A stretch of DNA of 64,000 nucleotides from Dehalococcoidia bacterium (GTDB lineage Bacteria; Chloroflexota; Dehalococcoidia; Bin125). The DNA lies in NCBI GenBank assembly GCA_963662615.2, contig CAXXSR010000001.1, positions 832,001-896,000 of the forward strand, in the 5' to 3' direction. The notes beneath the pieces were generated by a model. That model was not told the DNA's origin and did not search any database. It saw only the letters and a list, made by a program, of their open reading frames with translations. The position numbers and the translations under genes were made by a program. This document shows, piece after piece, positions 1 to 9,386 of this stretch; the first letter of the stretch is position 1, and every line of letters starts with the position of its first letter.

Positions 1-1
1 C

Positions 2-589
2 GTCTCGTTGGAGGGATATCTCTTGCCCGGCACCTATCAGTTTTCCCTGCTGGTGAGCGGGGGCGAAGTCGTGCGTGCGATGCTGGAGCGGCTCGAGCGG
101 GAGTTGACGCCCGCGACGCGGGAGGCGATAGCGGCCGGCGGCCGCACGGTGCATGAGGTCTTGACGGTCGCTTCCCTGGTGGAGCGAGAGGCCGTCGTGG
201 CGGCCGAGCAGCCGCTCATCGCCTCGGTATTCTGGAACCGCCTGCGGCTGCGACGGCGGCTGGAGGCGGACCCGACCGTGCAATACGCACTCGCCCAGGA
301 GCCGGACAGCGTCGATCGCTACGGCTACTGGAAAGCGGGGTTGACGTTGGCCGACTTGGCAGTGGACTCGCCCTACAACACCTACCGCGTGCCCGGACTC
401 CCGCCGACACCGATCGCCGCGCCCGGGGCCGGCGCTCTCAGCGCCGCGATCCGGCCGGCCGAGACCGATCTGCTCTACTTCGTGGCGCGCGGCGACGGCT
501 CGCACGCCTTCGCCACCACCTTCGCCGATCACCTGCTCAACGTGGAGCGCTTCCAGCCCGCCGGCGGGACAGCGGAGCGGGAGCGATGA
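2..589 (+). CDS. mltG: Endolytic transglycosylase MltG (5' truncated by window edge)
   Basis: LEGYLxPxTY, ASLVEREA catalytic Glu motif, VFxNRL, LEADPTVQY, SPYNTY..GLPP.PI, LYFVA motifs; frame is open from base 2. Confidence 0.95.
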   Translation, partial: VSLEGYLLPGTYQFSLLVSGGEVVRAMLERLERELTPATREAIAAGGRTVHEVLTVASLVEREAVVAAEQPLIASVFWNRLRLRRRLEADPTVQYALAQEPDSVDRYGYWKAGLTLADLAVDSPYNTYRVPGLPPTPIAAPGAGALSAAIRPAETDLLYFVARGDGSHAFATTFADHLLNVERFQPAGGTAERER

Positions 590-1458
590 GCGGGCGCGTG
601 GGGCTCATTGCGCACCCGGCCCGACACAGCATCTCGCCGCGCTTTCAGCAGCCCGCCTTCGACGCCCTGGGCATTGACGCCCGTTACGAGGCCTGGGACG
701 TCCCGCCGGAGCGGCTGGCCGCGTTCATTGAGGGGCTGCGGGCCGCCGATGCCCTGGGCGCGAACGTGACCATCCCCCACAAGGAGGCGGCGGCACGGTG
801 CATGGACCGACTGGACCGCACCGCCAGGGCGGTGGGGGCGATCAACACGATCGTCAACAGGGACGGCCGGCTGGAAGGGTTCAACACGGACGTCGTTGGC
901 TTTCAGCGAGCGTTGGAGGCGGCGGGGTTCGACGCGGCCAGCGCGCGCGCGGTGATCTGGGGCGCGGGCGGCGCGGCTCGAGCGGTCGCGTGGGCCCTGA
1001 TCGAGCGCGAGGCCGCCGCTCTCACGGTGGTCAATCGCACGCCGGAGCGGGGGCGGCGTCTGCGCGATGATCTGCTCCGTGCCGGCGAGCGCGCGCGCGT
1101 ATCGGCCTGCGGTGCGGACGAGCCCGCGGCGATGACCGCTCTGGCCGCCTGCGATCTGGTGGTGCAGTGCACGCCGGTGGGGATGCGGGGCAGCGCGGGA
1201 GAAGGGCTGCTGCCCTTCGACGTTGCCTCGCTGGGCCCGACCACGATGGTCGTGGACCTTATCGCGAGTCCGCCCGAGACGCCGTTGGTGCGCGCCGCCA
1301 GAGGCAGCGGTCGTGCGGCGTTGGGGGGACTCCCTATGCTGGTGTACCAAGGGGCGGCCTCCTTCGCCATGTGGACGGGGCGCGAACCACCGATCGAGGC
1401 GATGTTCGCGGCGGCGGAGGCGGCAACAGCGGCGGACGCGCAGCCCCAACGAGAGTGA
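586..1458 (+). CDS. aroE: Shikimate dehydrogenase
   Basis: HSISP, GANVTIPHK, GAINT, NTD, GAGGAARA, GLPMLVYQG motifs; ATGA overlap with mltG stop. Confidence 0.95.
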   Translation: MSGRVGLIAHPARHSISPRFQQPAFDALGIDARYEAWDVPPERLAAFIEGLRAADALGANVTIPHKEAAARCMDRLDRTARAVGAINTIVNRDGRLEGFNTDVVGFQRALEAAGFDAASARAVIWGAGGAARAVAWALIEREAAALTVVNRTPERGRRLRDDLLRAGERARVSACGADEPAAMTALAACDLVVQCTPVGMRGSAGEGLLPFDVASLGPTTMVVDLIASPPETPLVRAARGSGRAALGGLPMLVYQGAASFAMWTGREPPIEAMFAAAEAATAADAQPQRE

Positions 1459-1467
1459 AGGCGTGCG

Positions 1468-2172
1468 ATGGCTGAAGGAGTGGCGATCGCCTTCGCGGTG
1501 ATCTTCTTCTTCGTCGCGCTCATTGGCCTTGTGCTCTTCAAGGAGGTGCGCACGCATCGGTTTTGGCGCCGCTTGGTGGAGGAGAACGACCTGGAGGCGA
1601 TTCGCGGCTTGCTGGAGGGGGAGATCGAAGGCTGGCGCACGATGCGGCCTCCCAAGGGGATCAGCGCCGCGGTCTGGGCCGGCGTTCAGGGCATGGAGCT
1701 GCTCGCCGCCGACGCCAGCTTTGTGCATCTGGGCAGCAGCGCTCAACCCGAATTCCGGGTAGTGGAGGGGAAGCAAAAGCAAGTGGCAACGGCGCTGGAC
1801 GGCGCTCTGGCCACCGCGGTCAAGTTGGTGGAGATGGTCTTCTACGACATTGCGGATTACCGCCCCGAGGTGGTCCGCGTGGACGTCTACACGGCCTTCC
1901 GTGAGGAAGCCGGCGTCGCCACCTCGCGACCGATCCTCAGCGTCACCGCCGATCGTGCCGACGCCATGGGCATCGACTGGGATGAGCCGGACGCGCGGCA
2001 GATCGCGTTGAGCTTCGATGCCGTCTACGAGCTTGGCCCCGCGGGCGAGCCCAGGCCGATCGTGCTGCCGCCGTCGGAGCCGGCGCTCACCGTGGCGGCC
2101 GGCGAGGAGATGCAGGATGCGTCGTCGCCGAGCGATGCCGGTGCGGAGGACCGCTCCTCCGGGGTGAGCTAG
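1468..2172 (+). CDS. Hypothetical protein with N-terminal transmembrane helix
   Basis: Fills the gap between aroE and aroC with 9-nt spacers; hydrophobic N-terminus IAFAVIFFFVALIGLVLF; no family recognised. Confidence 0.8.
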   Translation: MAEGVAIAFAVIFFFVALIGLVLFKEVRTHRFWRRLVEENDLEAIRGLLEGEIEGWRTMRPPKGISAAVWAGVQGMELLAADASFVHLGSSAQPEFRVVEGKQKQVATALDGALATAVKLVEMVFYDIADYRPEVVRVDVYTAFREEAGVATSRPILSVTADRADAMGIDWDEPDARQIALSFDAVYELGPAGEPRPIVLPPSEPALTVAAGEEMQDASSPSDAGAEDRSSGVS

Positions 2173-2181
2173 GCTCGTCGC

Positions 2182-3408
2182 ATGGGTGGCTTGGACTGGT
2201 ACAGCGCGGGCGAATCGCACGGCCCCGGCCTGACGGCGATCCTGGAGGGCATGCCCGCCGGCCTGGCGCTGGACGAGAGCTACATCCGCACGCAACTGGC
2301 CCGTCGCCAGAAGGGCTACGGCCGCGGCGGGCGCATGAAGATCGAGACGGACTACGCGTATCTGCGCGGGGGCGTCCGGCACGGCCTGACCCTGGGCAGC
2401 CCGATTGCGGTGTGGCTGGAGAATCGCGACCACGCGACGGGCAAGGGGCCGGACAAGCGCCCTTGGACCGAGACGATGGCGATTGAACCCGGTGAACCGG
2501 CGGGCGGGCCGGTGCAGCGCATCACGCGGCTCCGCCCCGGCCACGCCGACCTGGCCGCCGCCCTCAAGTACGGCTTTGACGACGTGCGCAATTCGCTGGA
2601 GCGGGCCAGCTCCCGTGAGAGCGCCGCCCGGGTGGCGCTGGGCGCGGTGGCGCGGCGGCTGATGGAGGAGTTGGGCGCGGGCTTTCATAGCCACGTGATC
2701 CGCATTGGCGAGGTGGCCTGGCAGCCGGAGGACGGCGCCGCCTTGGACTGGGACGCCGTGGAGGAGTCGCCTGTGCGCTGCGCGGACGCCGACGCCACTG
2801 TGCGAATGGTGGCGGCGATTGACGCGGCCAAAGGGGACGGTGACAGCGTGGGCGGCGTCGTGGAGGCGCGGGTGACGGGCGTGCCGTTCGGGCTGGGCTC
2901 GCACGTTCACTGGCAGCGCAAGCTGAGCAGCCGCATTGGCCAGGCGCTGCTGAGCATGAACGCCTTCAAGGGGGTGGAGATCGGCGACGGTTTCGCGGGG
3001 GCGGCGCGGCGCGGCTCGCAGTTTCAGGACATCGTGCTGCCGCGCGAGCAATGGACGGATCGCCCTTGGCGTCGCGCCTCCAACCATGCCGGCGGCATTG
3101 AGGGCGGCACCAGCAACGGCGAGGAGATCGTGGTGCACGTCGCGGTCAAGCCGATCGCGACGCTGGCGCACCCGCTGCCCTCCGCCGACCTTGACACGGG
3201 CGAGCTGACGCAGGCGCACTACGAGCGCTCGGACGTGTGTGTGGTGCCGGCGGCCGGCGTGATCGTGGAGGCGATGCTGGCGCTGGTGCTCGCCGGCGCG
3301 GTGCTGGAGAAATACGGCGGCGATCATATTGACGAGACGAAGCGGAACCTGGAGGCGTTCGAGCGCACGCTGGGGCCGCGAGGCATGGCGGGGGCCGGCG
3401 AGCCGTGA
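2182..3408 (+). CDS. aroC: Chorismate synthase
   Basis: AGESHG, RRQKGYGRGGRM, RPGHAD, ERASSRE, GGIEGG, KPIATL, ERSDVC signatures. Confidence 0.97.
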   Translation: MGGLDWYSAGESHGPGLTAILEGMPAGLALDESYIRTQLARRQKGYGRGGRMKIETDYAYLRGGVRHGLTLGSPIAVWLENRDHATGKGPDKRPWTETMAIEPGEPAGGPVQRITRLRPGHADLAAALKYGFDDVRNSLERASSRESAARVALGAVARRLMEELGAGFHSHVIRIGEVAWQPEDGAALDWDAVEESPVRCADADATVRMVAAIDAAKGDGDSVGGVVEARVTGVPFGLGSHVHWQRKLSSRIGQALLSMNAFKGVEIGDGFAGAARRGSQFQDIVLPREQWTDRPWRRASNHAGGIEGGTSNGEEIVVHVAVKPIATLAHPLPSADLDTGELTQAHYERSDVCVVPAAGVIVEAMLALVLAGAVLEKYGGDHIDETKRNLEAFERTLGPRGMAGAGEP

Positions 3409-5195
3409 CGCGCCCCCCTGATTCCCTGAAGCGCATTGCTGCCCTGAAGCGGATTGTGCTGATCGGCTTCAGCGCCACGGGGAAATCGGCGGTGGCTCCG
3501 GCGCTGGCGGCGTCGCTGGGCTGGCGCGCGCTCGATCTCGACGTGCTGATCGAGGAGCGGGACGGGCGCAGCGTGCCCGACATCTTCGCCCAGGACGGGG
3601 AGCACGCCTTTCGCGCGATCGAGCGGGAGGCGGTGCGGGCGGGGGCGGCGGAAGCCGGCGTGGTAATCGCCGCGGGCGGGGGCGCCTGGCTCGATGCGGA
3701 GAGCCGCGGCCTCCTCGCCGATGGGGGCTTCGTGGTGGCGCTGGAGGCTCGGCTGGACACCATCTTGGCCCGCCACACCGGCGCGGAGCTGGGCCGGCCG
3801 GACGCGCGACCGCTCCTGGCGGGCGCCGACTCGGTCGCGCGGGTGCAATTGCTGAAGGCGCGGCGCCAGCCGTTCTACGCCCTCGCCGACGCCACCGTTC
3901 ACACCGACGAGACGGCGGTGGGCGCCGTGGTGGAGGAGATCCGGCAGGCGCTGGACCGCAACGCCGCGCGCGCCCTCGCGTCGCGCTCGCGGCTGCACGG
4001 CATGGTGGAAGGGCCGGGCGTCGCGAGCACGGCGCCGCCCGACTTCGGCGCGGACGTCGCCTGCACGGTCGATGTGGGGGGCGACGGGAGCGTCGCGGCT
4101 TACCCCGTCTACTGTCGCTGGGGCTTGCTCGCGCGGCTGCCCGCACTTCTCGACGCCGTGGGGCTGCGCGGTCGCGTGTTCGTAATCAGCGATGAGACGG
4201 TGCGCGGGCTCTACGCCGAGCCGGTCGTGGCCGGGCTGCGCGAGTCGGGCCGGCCGGCGTCGCTGCGCGCCGTGCCGCCGGGCGAGACCAGCAAGAGCCT
4301 GGAGCAGTTGGAGCGGCTGTACGCGTGGCTGGCGGAGGAGCGGGCGGAGCGTGACGACACTGTGCTGGCGCTGGGCGGCGGCGTGGTGACGGACCTGGCC
4401 GGCACCGTCGCGGCGACGTACCTGCGGGGGATGCCGCTGGTGCACGTGCCGACGACGCTGCTGGGAATGGTCGATGCGGCGATCGGCGGGAAGGTGGCGG
4501 TGGACCTGCCCGCGGGCAAGAACCTGGTGGGCGCGTTCTACCAGCCGCGGGCGGTGGTGGCGGACGTGGCGACGCTGGCGACGCTGCCGTCGCGCGAGCT
4601 GCGCGCGGGCTACGCCGAGGTGATCAAGCACGCGTTCATTCGCGACGCGGCGATGTTGGACGAGCTGGAGCGGGACGCCGAGACGCTGCTGGCGATCAAC
4701 GACGCCGGGGCCGATGCCGCACGCGAGCGGGCGGTGGCGCTGATCGCGCGGAACATGGCGATCAAGGCCGCCGTGGTCTCCGTCGATGAGCGCGAGGGCG
4801 ATCTGCGCATGATTCTCAATTACGGTCACACGATCGGCCACGCGATCGAGGCGGTAACCGGGTACGGGCGGTTCCGCCATGGTGAGGCGGTCGCGATCGG
4901 GCTGATGGGGGCGGCGCGGATCGCGGAGCGGGTGGGGCTGATCGATAGTGCGATCGTGGAGCGTCACCGTCGCATCCTTCAGCGCTTCGGTTTGCCTATC
5001 GCTATGCCGGATGGCGATGCTGTTCCAGTCGATGCGCTGCTGGAGGCAATTCTGAGCGACAAAAAGGTGGTGGAGGGGCAGTCGCGCTGGGTCCTGCTGG
5101 AGAGCGTGGGCTCGCCCGTGGTGCGGGAGGACGTGCCCGAGGCCGTCGTGCGCGAGGTGCTTGGCGAGTTGGTGGGCGCGCCCGCGCGGGCGTAG
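3405..5195 (+). CDS. aroKB: Bifunctional shikimate kinase / 3-dehydroquinate synthase
   Basis: N-terminal P-loop GFSATGKS, DLD, IF..DGE..FR, GGG; C-terminal GGGVVTD, PTTLL..VDAAIGGK, GKNLVGAF, LNYGHTIGHAIE, HGEAV. Confidence 0.95.
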   Translation: MTRPPDSLKRIAALKRIVLIGFSATGKSAVAPALAASLGWRALDLDVLIEERDGRSVPDIFAQDGEHAFRAIEREAVRAGAAEAGVVIAAGGGAWLDAESRGLLADGGFVVALEARLDTILARHTGAELGRPDARPLLAGADSVARVQLLKARRQPFYALADATVHTDETAVGAVVEEIRQALDRNAARALASRSRLHGMVEGPGVASTAPPDFGADVACTVDVGGDGSVAAYPVYCRWGLLARLPALLDAVGLRGRVFVISDETVRGLYAEPVVAGLRESGRPASLRAVPPGETSKSLEQLERLYAWLAEERAERDDTVLALGGGVVTDLAGTVAATYLRGMPLVHVPTTLLGMVDAAIGGKVAVDLPAGKNLVGAFYQPRAVVADVATLATLPSRELRAGYAEVIKHAFIRDAAMLDELERDAETLLAINDAGADAARERAVALIARNMAIKAAVVSVDEREGDLRMILNYGHTIGHAIEAVTGYGRFRHGEAVAIGLMGAARIAERVGLIDSAIVERHRRILQRFGLPIAMPDGDAVPVDALLEAILSDKKVVEGQSRWVLLESVGSPVVREDVPEAVVREVLGELVGAPARA

Positions 5196-5211
5196 GGAGC
5201 CGGGCCCGTCG

Positions 5212-5535
5212 ATGAGTGTCGGCGCGGACGAGGATGGTCCCAAAGTCGAGCGCTTGACGGCGCGCGTGCACGGCTTCGTCCAGGGCGTGGGTTATCGCGA
5301 TTACTGCATGAGCGTCGCCGCCGGCATCGGGCGGTCGGAGGGGCGGGCGATCAGCGGCTACGCGCGCAACATGCCCAACGGGTCGATGGTGGAGGTCGTG
5401 GCGGAGGGGCCGCGGCCGCTGCTGGAGCGCCTGTTGCGCGAGCTGCACCAGGGCCCGCGGATTGCAGAAGTGGTGAAGGTGGAGGCGTCGTGGGGGGCGG
5501 CGTCGCGGGAGTTCGACGGGTTTCGCTGGCGGTAG
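5212..5535 (+). CDS. acyP: Acylphosphatase
   Basis: VHGFVQGVGYR and GYARNMPNGS.VEV motifs; ATG at 5212 after GGGAG. Confidence 0.9.
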   Translation: MSVGADEDGPKVERLTARVHGFVQGVGYRDYCMSVAAGIGRSEGRAISGYARNMPNGSMVEVVAEGPRPLLERLLRELHQGPRIAEVVKVEASWGAASREFDGFRWR

Positions 5536-5607
5536 GGCCGGCGCCCGAGGGATCGGCTCGGTGCTGAGGTATCCGTCGTTGTCGGGGATGGGGAGAGTCA
5601 TCGCTTG

Positions 5608-5841
5608 ATGTTCCTGGAGTACGACGCCGACGCCGACGCGATCTATGTGCGCCTCTCGGACAAGGAACGCGCGTCGACGACGAGCCTGGACGATGACCGC
5701 CATGTTGATGTCGCTGGGGACGGCACGTCGATTGGCGTGGAATTTCTGAACGTGAGTCGGGGCATCAACCTTGGCGGTGTCCCCGAGATGAAGGCGATCG
5801 CGAGGCTGTTGGAGTCGGTGCGGGCCGTGCGGGTGGCGTAG
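5608..5841 (+). CDS. DUF2283 family protein (putative antitoxin-like)
   Basis: YD.DADAIYVRL ... VD...G..IGVEFL pattern typical of DUF2283. Confidence 0.8.
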   Translation: MFLEYDADADAIYVRLSDKERASTTSLDDDRHVDVAGDGTSIGVEFLNVSRGINLGGVPEMKAIARLLESVRAVRVA

Positions 5842-6074
5842 AATCCGGCGCGCCGCGGCGCCCACGATCGACAGCTCAAAGCGCGTCGGCGCGGGCCATC
5901 GCGTTTAGGCCATGGCGGCTCCATTTCTCATCCGCGTGCTGTGTTGTCCTTTTGTGTCCCCCTGTCCACGGCCCGCTCCAGATGGGGCGGGCGTTGGAAG
6001 TGTGGCGCGGTTGTCGGAGGGGTGACAGAAAGGGACACGATCGGGCATCGGGGGGACAGGGGGTGGGCGGCGTC

Positions 6075-6150
6075 GGGACAGGGCGGCGACAGGGGCGGGA
6101 CAGGGCGGGACAGGGCGGCGACAGGGGCGGGACAGGGCGGGGACAGGGGC
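6075..6150. repeat. Degenerate 10-11 bp G-rich tandem repeat (GACAGGG(G)CGG), about 7 units
   Basis: Read directly in the non-coding stretch upstream of the accessory ORFs. Confidence 0.85.
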
Positions 6151-6414
6151 CGGCAGGGAAAGGTGGTGGGGGAGGCATGGGCGCGTTCGGGGGGTCAGTC
6201 GGGGGAATGGAGAGCGGGGGTTGTCGGTTCAGTTTAGGTCGTCGAGGGGGAGGGGAGGTATCGCGGGGGAGACGGAGGGGGATACATCGGCGGTCAGGAT
6301 GATATACAGGGCACGAGCGGCCGGAGGGCCGATATGATCTTGCCCGCAGCAGGTTACGGGTTCGCGCCTACTGCTTCCTCTACTGCGCGACCGATGCGGA
6401 CGGGAATCAGAACC

Positions 6415-6642
6415 ATGCCGAAAAGTGACCTCCGACTCTGGGTTTACGAGAACTGGACACACAAGAAAGCGCGCGTGCACGACGCAAAGTGCGTCTTCTG
6501 CAAGGACGGCGCGGGAATCCACCCAGGCACGGGCGATGCGAACGGAAAGTGGCACGGGCCGTTCGACTCGTTCGCGGACGCACTTAGACTCGCGCGCACG
6601 CAACAGCCGGACGCGCGGCCCTGCTCCGTCTGCGCGACGTAA
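6415..6642 (+). CDS. Small hypothetical protein, putative metal-binding (H..CxxC..H..CxxC)
   Basis: 75 aa MPKSDLRLWVYENWTHKKARVHDAKCVFC...KWHGPF...CSVCAT; protein-like composition; double TAA stop. Confidence 0.7.
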   Translation: MPKSDLRLWVYENWTHKKARVHDAKCVFCKDGAGIHPGTGDANGKWHGPFDSFADALRLARTQQPDARPCSVCAT

Positions 6643-6687
6643 TAACAATCATTCGATGAACGTGGGCTGGGGACGAAGGTAGCCCCC

Positions 6688-7329
6688 TTGGTTTCAGCAA
6701 CGGTCGTTGACGAGGCGCTTGTTGAGTTGGCCCGTACTCGGCCGCTGTTTCACTCTGAGGCCGACTTCCAGCACGCACTCGCGTGGATGATCCGAGAGCG
6801 GTTGGCGGACTGGTCGGTTCGGTTGGAGTACCCAATCCCGTGGGATGGTCCCCGCGCCTACGCAGACATCTGGCTCCGTGGCCCAAGCGGATCTGTCGCG
6901 ATAGAGCTCAAATACTGGAAACGTTCCCTCATCGCGCAGATCGGCGATGAGCCGTATGCGCTTCGGAACCAGGCGGCACAGGATATAAGCCGGTACGACT
7001 TCGCGAGAGACTTACAACGCCTTGAGCGCATCGTGGCGAGTGGACTCACGCACGAGGGCCACATCATCGCGCTCACCAACGACCAGGGATATTGGCGAGT
7101 AGGCCGTCAGGGCACTGTAGATGCGGCCTTTCGGCTTCATGAAGGCCGTGAACTCCGCGGTGTCCTCTCATGGGCACCTAACACGGGCGCAGGGACGATG
7201 AAGGGGCGGGCCGGGCCAATTCAACTGAACCAGCGATACGAGGTCCGCTGGCGGCCATATTCGGTCGTCGGGGACGGGCGCGGCACCGAATTCCGATATC
7301 TGCTTTTGTCGGTGCCCCGCGGTGGATGA
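6688..7329 (+). CDS. Hypothetical protein, PD-(D/E)XK nuclease-like
   Basis: HSEADFQ helix, VRLEY, YADIW, AIELKY (E-x-K), downstream D..RL helix; lower GC than flanks. Confidence 0.7.
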   Translation: MVSATVVDEALVELARTRPLFHSEADFQHALAWMIRERLADWSVRLEYPIPWDGPRAYADIWLRGPSGSVAIELKYWKRSLIAQIGDEPYALRNQAAQDISRYDFARDLQRLERIVASGLTHEGHIIALTNDQGYWRVGRQGTVDAAFRLHEGRELRGVLSWAPNTGAGTMKGRAGPIQLNQRYEVRWRPYSVVGDGRGTEFRYLLLSVPRGG

Positions 7330-7442
7330 TGCGGCGCGCGCCGTAGTCGGCCGCGCTTCTCAAAAGAGAGCTGTTCGAGCTACGCCCGCAGCTGTCCTGG
7401 CTGCCAAGAAGTGCCGTGGAGACGCTCTACGGCCGATCGTCT

Positions 7443-7697
7443 CTACTCACCGAAATCATCGATCTCCTCGTCGGTCGCCAGGTTCACGAGGTCCATCACC
7501 TCCGCGGCGCGCCGACGGCGGCGATCGAGGGGCGGGAGTTTGAAGTTTGCTGGTGGTGCCCCGTACGCCGCCATGTGCTTGCGGGCGTTTTCGTCGTGGA
7601 GCAGGAGTCCGATCCAATAGCAGATGCGCCTGACCTCATCCGCGGGCGCATCGGGAGTGAAGTTGACGTTGTAGGCCCAATGTTCGCGGTCGGCCAT
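7443..7697 (-). CDS. Hypothetical protein (84 aa)
   Basis: ATG preceded by GGAGGA; protein-like composition; co-oriented with moeA. Confidence 0.65.
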   Translation of the reverse strand: MADREHWAYNVNFTPDAPADEVRRICYWIGLLLHDENARKHMAAYGAPPANFKLPPLDRRRRRAAEVMDLVNLATDEEIDDFGE

Positions 7698-7757
7698 CGG
7701 CGCATTCCTCCAGTGCGTTCATGGTTCTTAGCCCCGCCCTGAGTTCTGGCTCGCGCT

Positions 7758-7946
7758 TCATCCCTCCTCGTGATCTTGGTCTCGAAGCAGCCGCTCGGCT
7801 TCGGCGATGGCGGCTTCGGGGGTGAGGGGGGTTTGCGCTTCGGCCTCCGCCTGGGCGCGATCGTGGGCGTCAAAGCCTTCCATGAGCGGCACGGCCGCCT
7901 GCGGCGGCAGCAGATGCGCCGTTCCGCCAATGAGGATGAATCGCAC
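7758..7946 (-). CDS. Hypothetical protein (62 aa)
   Basis: GTG at 7946 preceded by AAGGAG; directly downstream of moeA. Confidence 0.55.
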   Translation of the reverse strand: MRFILIGGTAHLLPPQAAVPLMEGFDAHDRAQAEAEAQTPLTPEAAIAEAERLLRDQDHEEG

Positions 7947-7972
7947 GGGCCCGGCTCCTTTCCCAAGCCTGC

Positions 7973-9319
7973 TCAGTCCTGCGGCTGTTCCCAGTCCAGC
8001 ATGATCACGTCGCACTCCTGGCCGGCGTCGACCTGGTCGGCATCCTCGGGGCAGATGGCGAGGCCGTTGGCCAGCGCCAGCGACGTCAGAACCCCCGAGC
8101 CCTGGGGCCCGGTGAGGCGAGCGTGCCAGCGGCCGTCTTGGCCACGGGCGACGATGGCGCGGGCGTAGACGCGACGGCGGTCCGTGTTGACGATGGGTTC
8201 GTCGGCGATGGCGCGGATGGTGGGGCGGGCCTCGGGCTTGCGGCCCAGCATCTTGAAGATGGCCGGGCGCCCGAACAGCTCAAAGGCGAGTAAGGAAGAG
8301 ACGGGATTGCCGGGCAGCCCGATATGCGGGATTTTCTTGACCGGCGCTTTGGCGCGCCCGTCGCCGGTGCGCTCCGCGGGTGCGTCGAAATGGCCGAAGG
8401 CCAACGGCTTGCCCGGCTTCATGCGCACCGTCCAGAAGTTGATCGCCCCCTGGGACACCAGCACCTCCTTGACGACGTCGAAGTCGCCCCGCGACACGCC
8501 GGCGGAAGTGACGACGAGGTCGGCCCGGCGCGTCGCTTCGTGGATCTTCGCGGTCAGGGCCTCGACCGTGTCGGCGGCGATGCCGAGCCGCAGGGGGACA
8601 CCGCCGTACTCGCGCACCAGGGCGGCGAGGCCGGCGGCGTTGCTGTCGTAGATCTTGCCGGGCTGGAGCGGCTCGCCGGGGGAGAGCAGCTCGTCGCCGG
8701 TGGAGAGGATGGCGACGATGGGGCGTCGGATCACGGAGGCCCGATCGACGCCGAGGGAGGCGAGCACGGCGATCTCGGCGCCGCGCAGGAGCGTGCCCCG
8801 CGTGAGGATGGTGGCGCCGGCGCGCACATCCTCGCCGCGCCGACGGACGTTGGCGCCCGACTTCGCCGCCTTGAGGATGCCGACGCTGTCGATGGCGGCG
8901 TGCTGCTGCCCGGGCGCGCGGATGCCGTCGCGCAAGGTCTCGTCGGTCTCCTCAAAGGGGACGATGGCGTCGGCGCCGTCGGGGATGGGCGCGCCGGTCA
9001 TGATGCGCACGGCCTCGCCCGGCCCGACCTCGCCGTCGAAGAGGTAGCCCGCGGCCAGCTCGCCGCCGACGCGCAGGCGAACGGGGCGGTCCGAGCCGGC
9101 GCCGAGGGTGCTGGCGGCTTGGACGGCGTAGCCGTCCATGGCGGTGTTGTCGAGCGGGGGGATGTCGAAGGGGGCGATGACGTCGTCCGCCAGCACCTGA
9201 CCCAAGGCATCGTCGATGGGGCGGGTCTGGGGCGGGAGGACGTCGCAGAGGGCGAGGATGCGCTCCAGCGCCTCCTCGACCGGCAACATTGCGGGGAGTG
9301 GTTCGGTCCGTAGGGGCAC
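7973..9319 (-). CDS. moeA: Molybdopterin molybdenumtransferase
   Basis: PPLDNTAMDGYA, IMTGAPIP, STGDEL, IYDSN, SAGVSRGDFD, KPGKP, GLPGNPVS, QGSGVL; alternative ATG at 9289. Confidence 0.97.
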   Translation of the reverse strand: MPLRTEPLPAMLPVEEALERILALCDVLPPQTRPIDDALGQVLADDVIAPFDIPPLDNTAMDGYAVQAASTLGAGSDRPVRLRVGGELAAGYLFDGEVGPGEAVRIMTGAPIPDGADAIVPFEETDETLRDGIRAPGQQHAAIDSVGILKAAKSGANVRRRGEDVRAGATILTRGTLLRGAEIAVLASLGVDRASVIRRPIVAILSTGDELLSPGEPLQPGKIYDSNAAGLAALVREYGGVPLRLGIAADTVEALTAKIHEATRRADLVVTSAGVSRGDFDVVKEVLVSQGAINFWTVRMKPGKPLAFGHFDAPAERTGDGRAKAPVKKIPHIGLPGNPVSSLLAFELFGRPAIFKMLGRKPEARPTIRAIADEPIVNTDRRRVYARAIVARGQDGRWHARLTGPQGSGVLTSLALANGLAICPEDADQVDAGQECDVIMLDWEQPQD

Positions 9320-9386
9320 CGTCGCGGCGCGCTCTCCCGCCTTCGTCGAATCGTCGCTCAGCTCAGGGCCGCTCAGTTCAGGTCTC

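Noticed and set aside
529-3327. 932-aa minus-strand ORF (and similar long ORFs such as 20410-22638, 34290-36401, 47821-51021)
   Set aside because: Antisense or alternate-frame shadows of clear housekeeping genes, expected at this GC content; no motifs
3405-5195. AroK-AroB fusion as a novelty
   Set aside because: Fusion is already known in several bacterial lineages
6075-6150. Possible CRISPR array (also considered 15727-15812 and 16749-17028)
   Set aside because: No unique spacers of regular length between repeats and no cas genes
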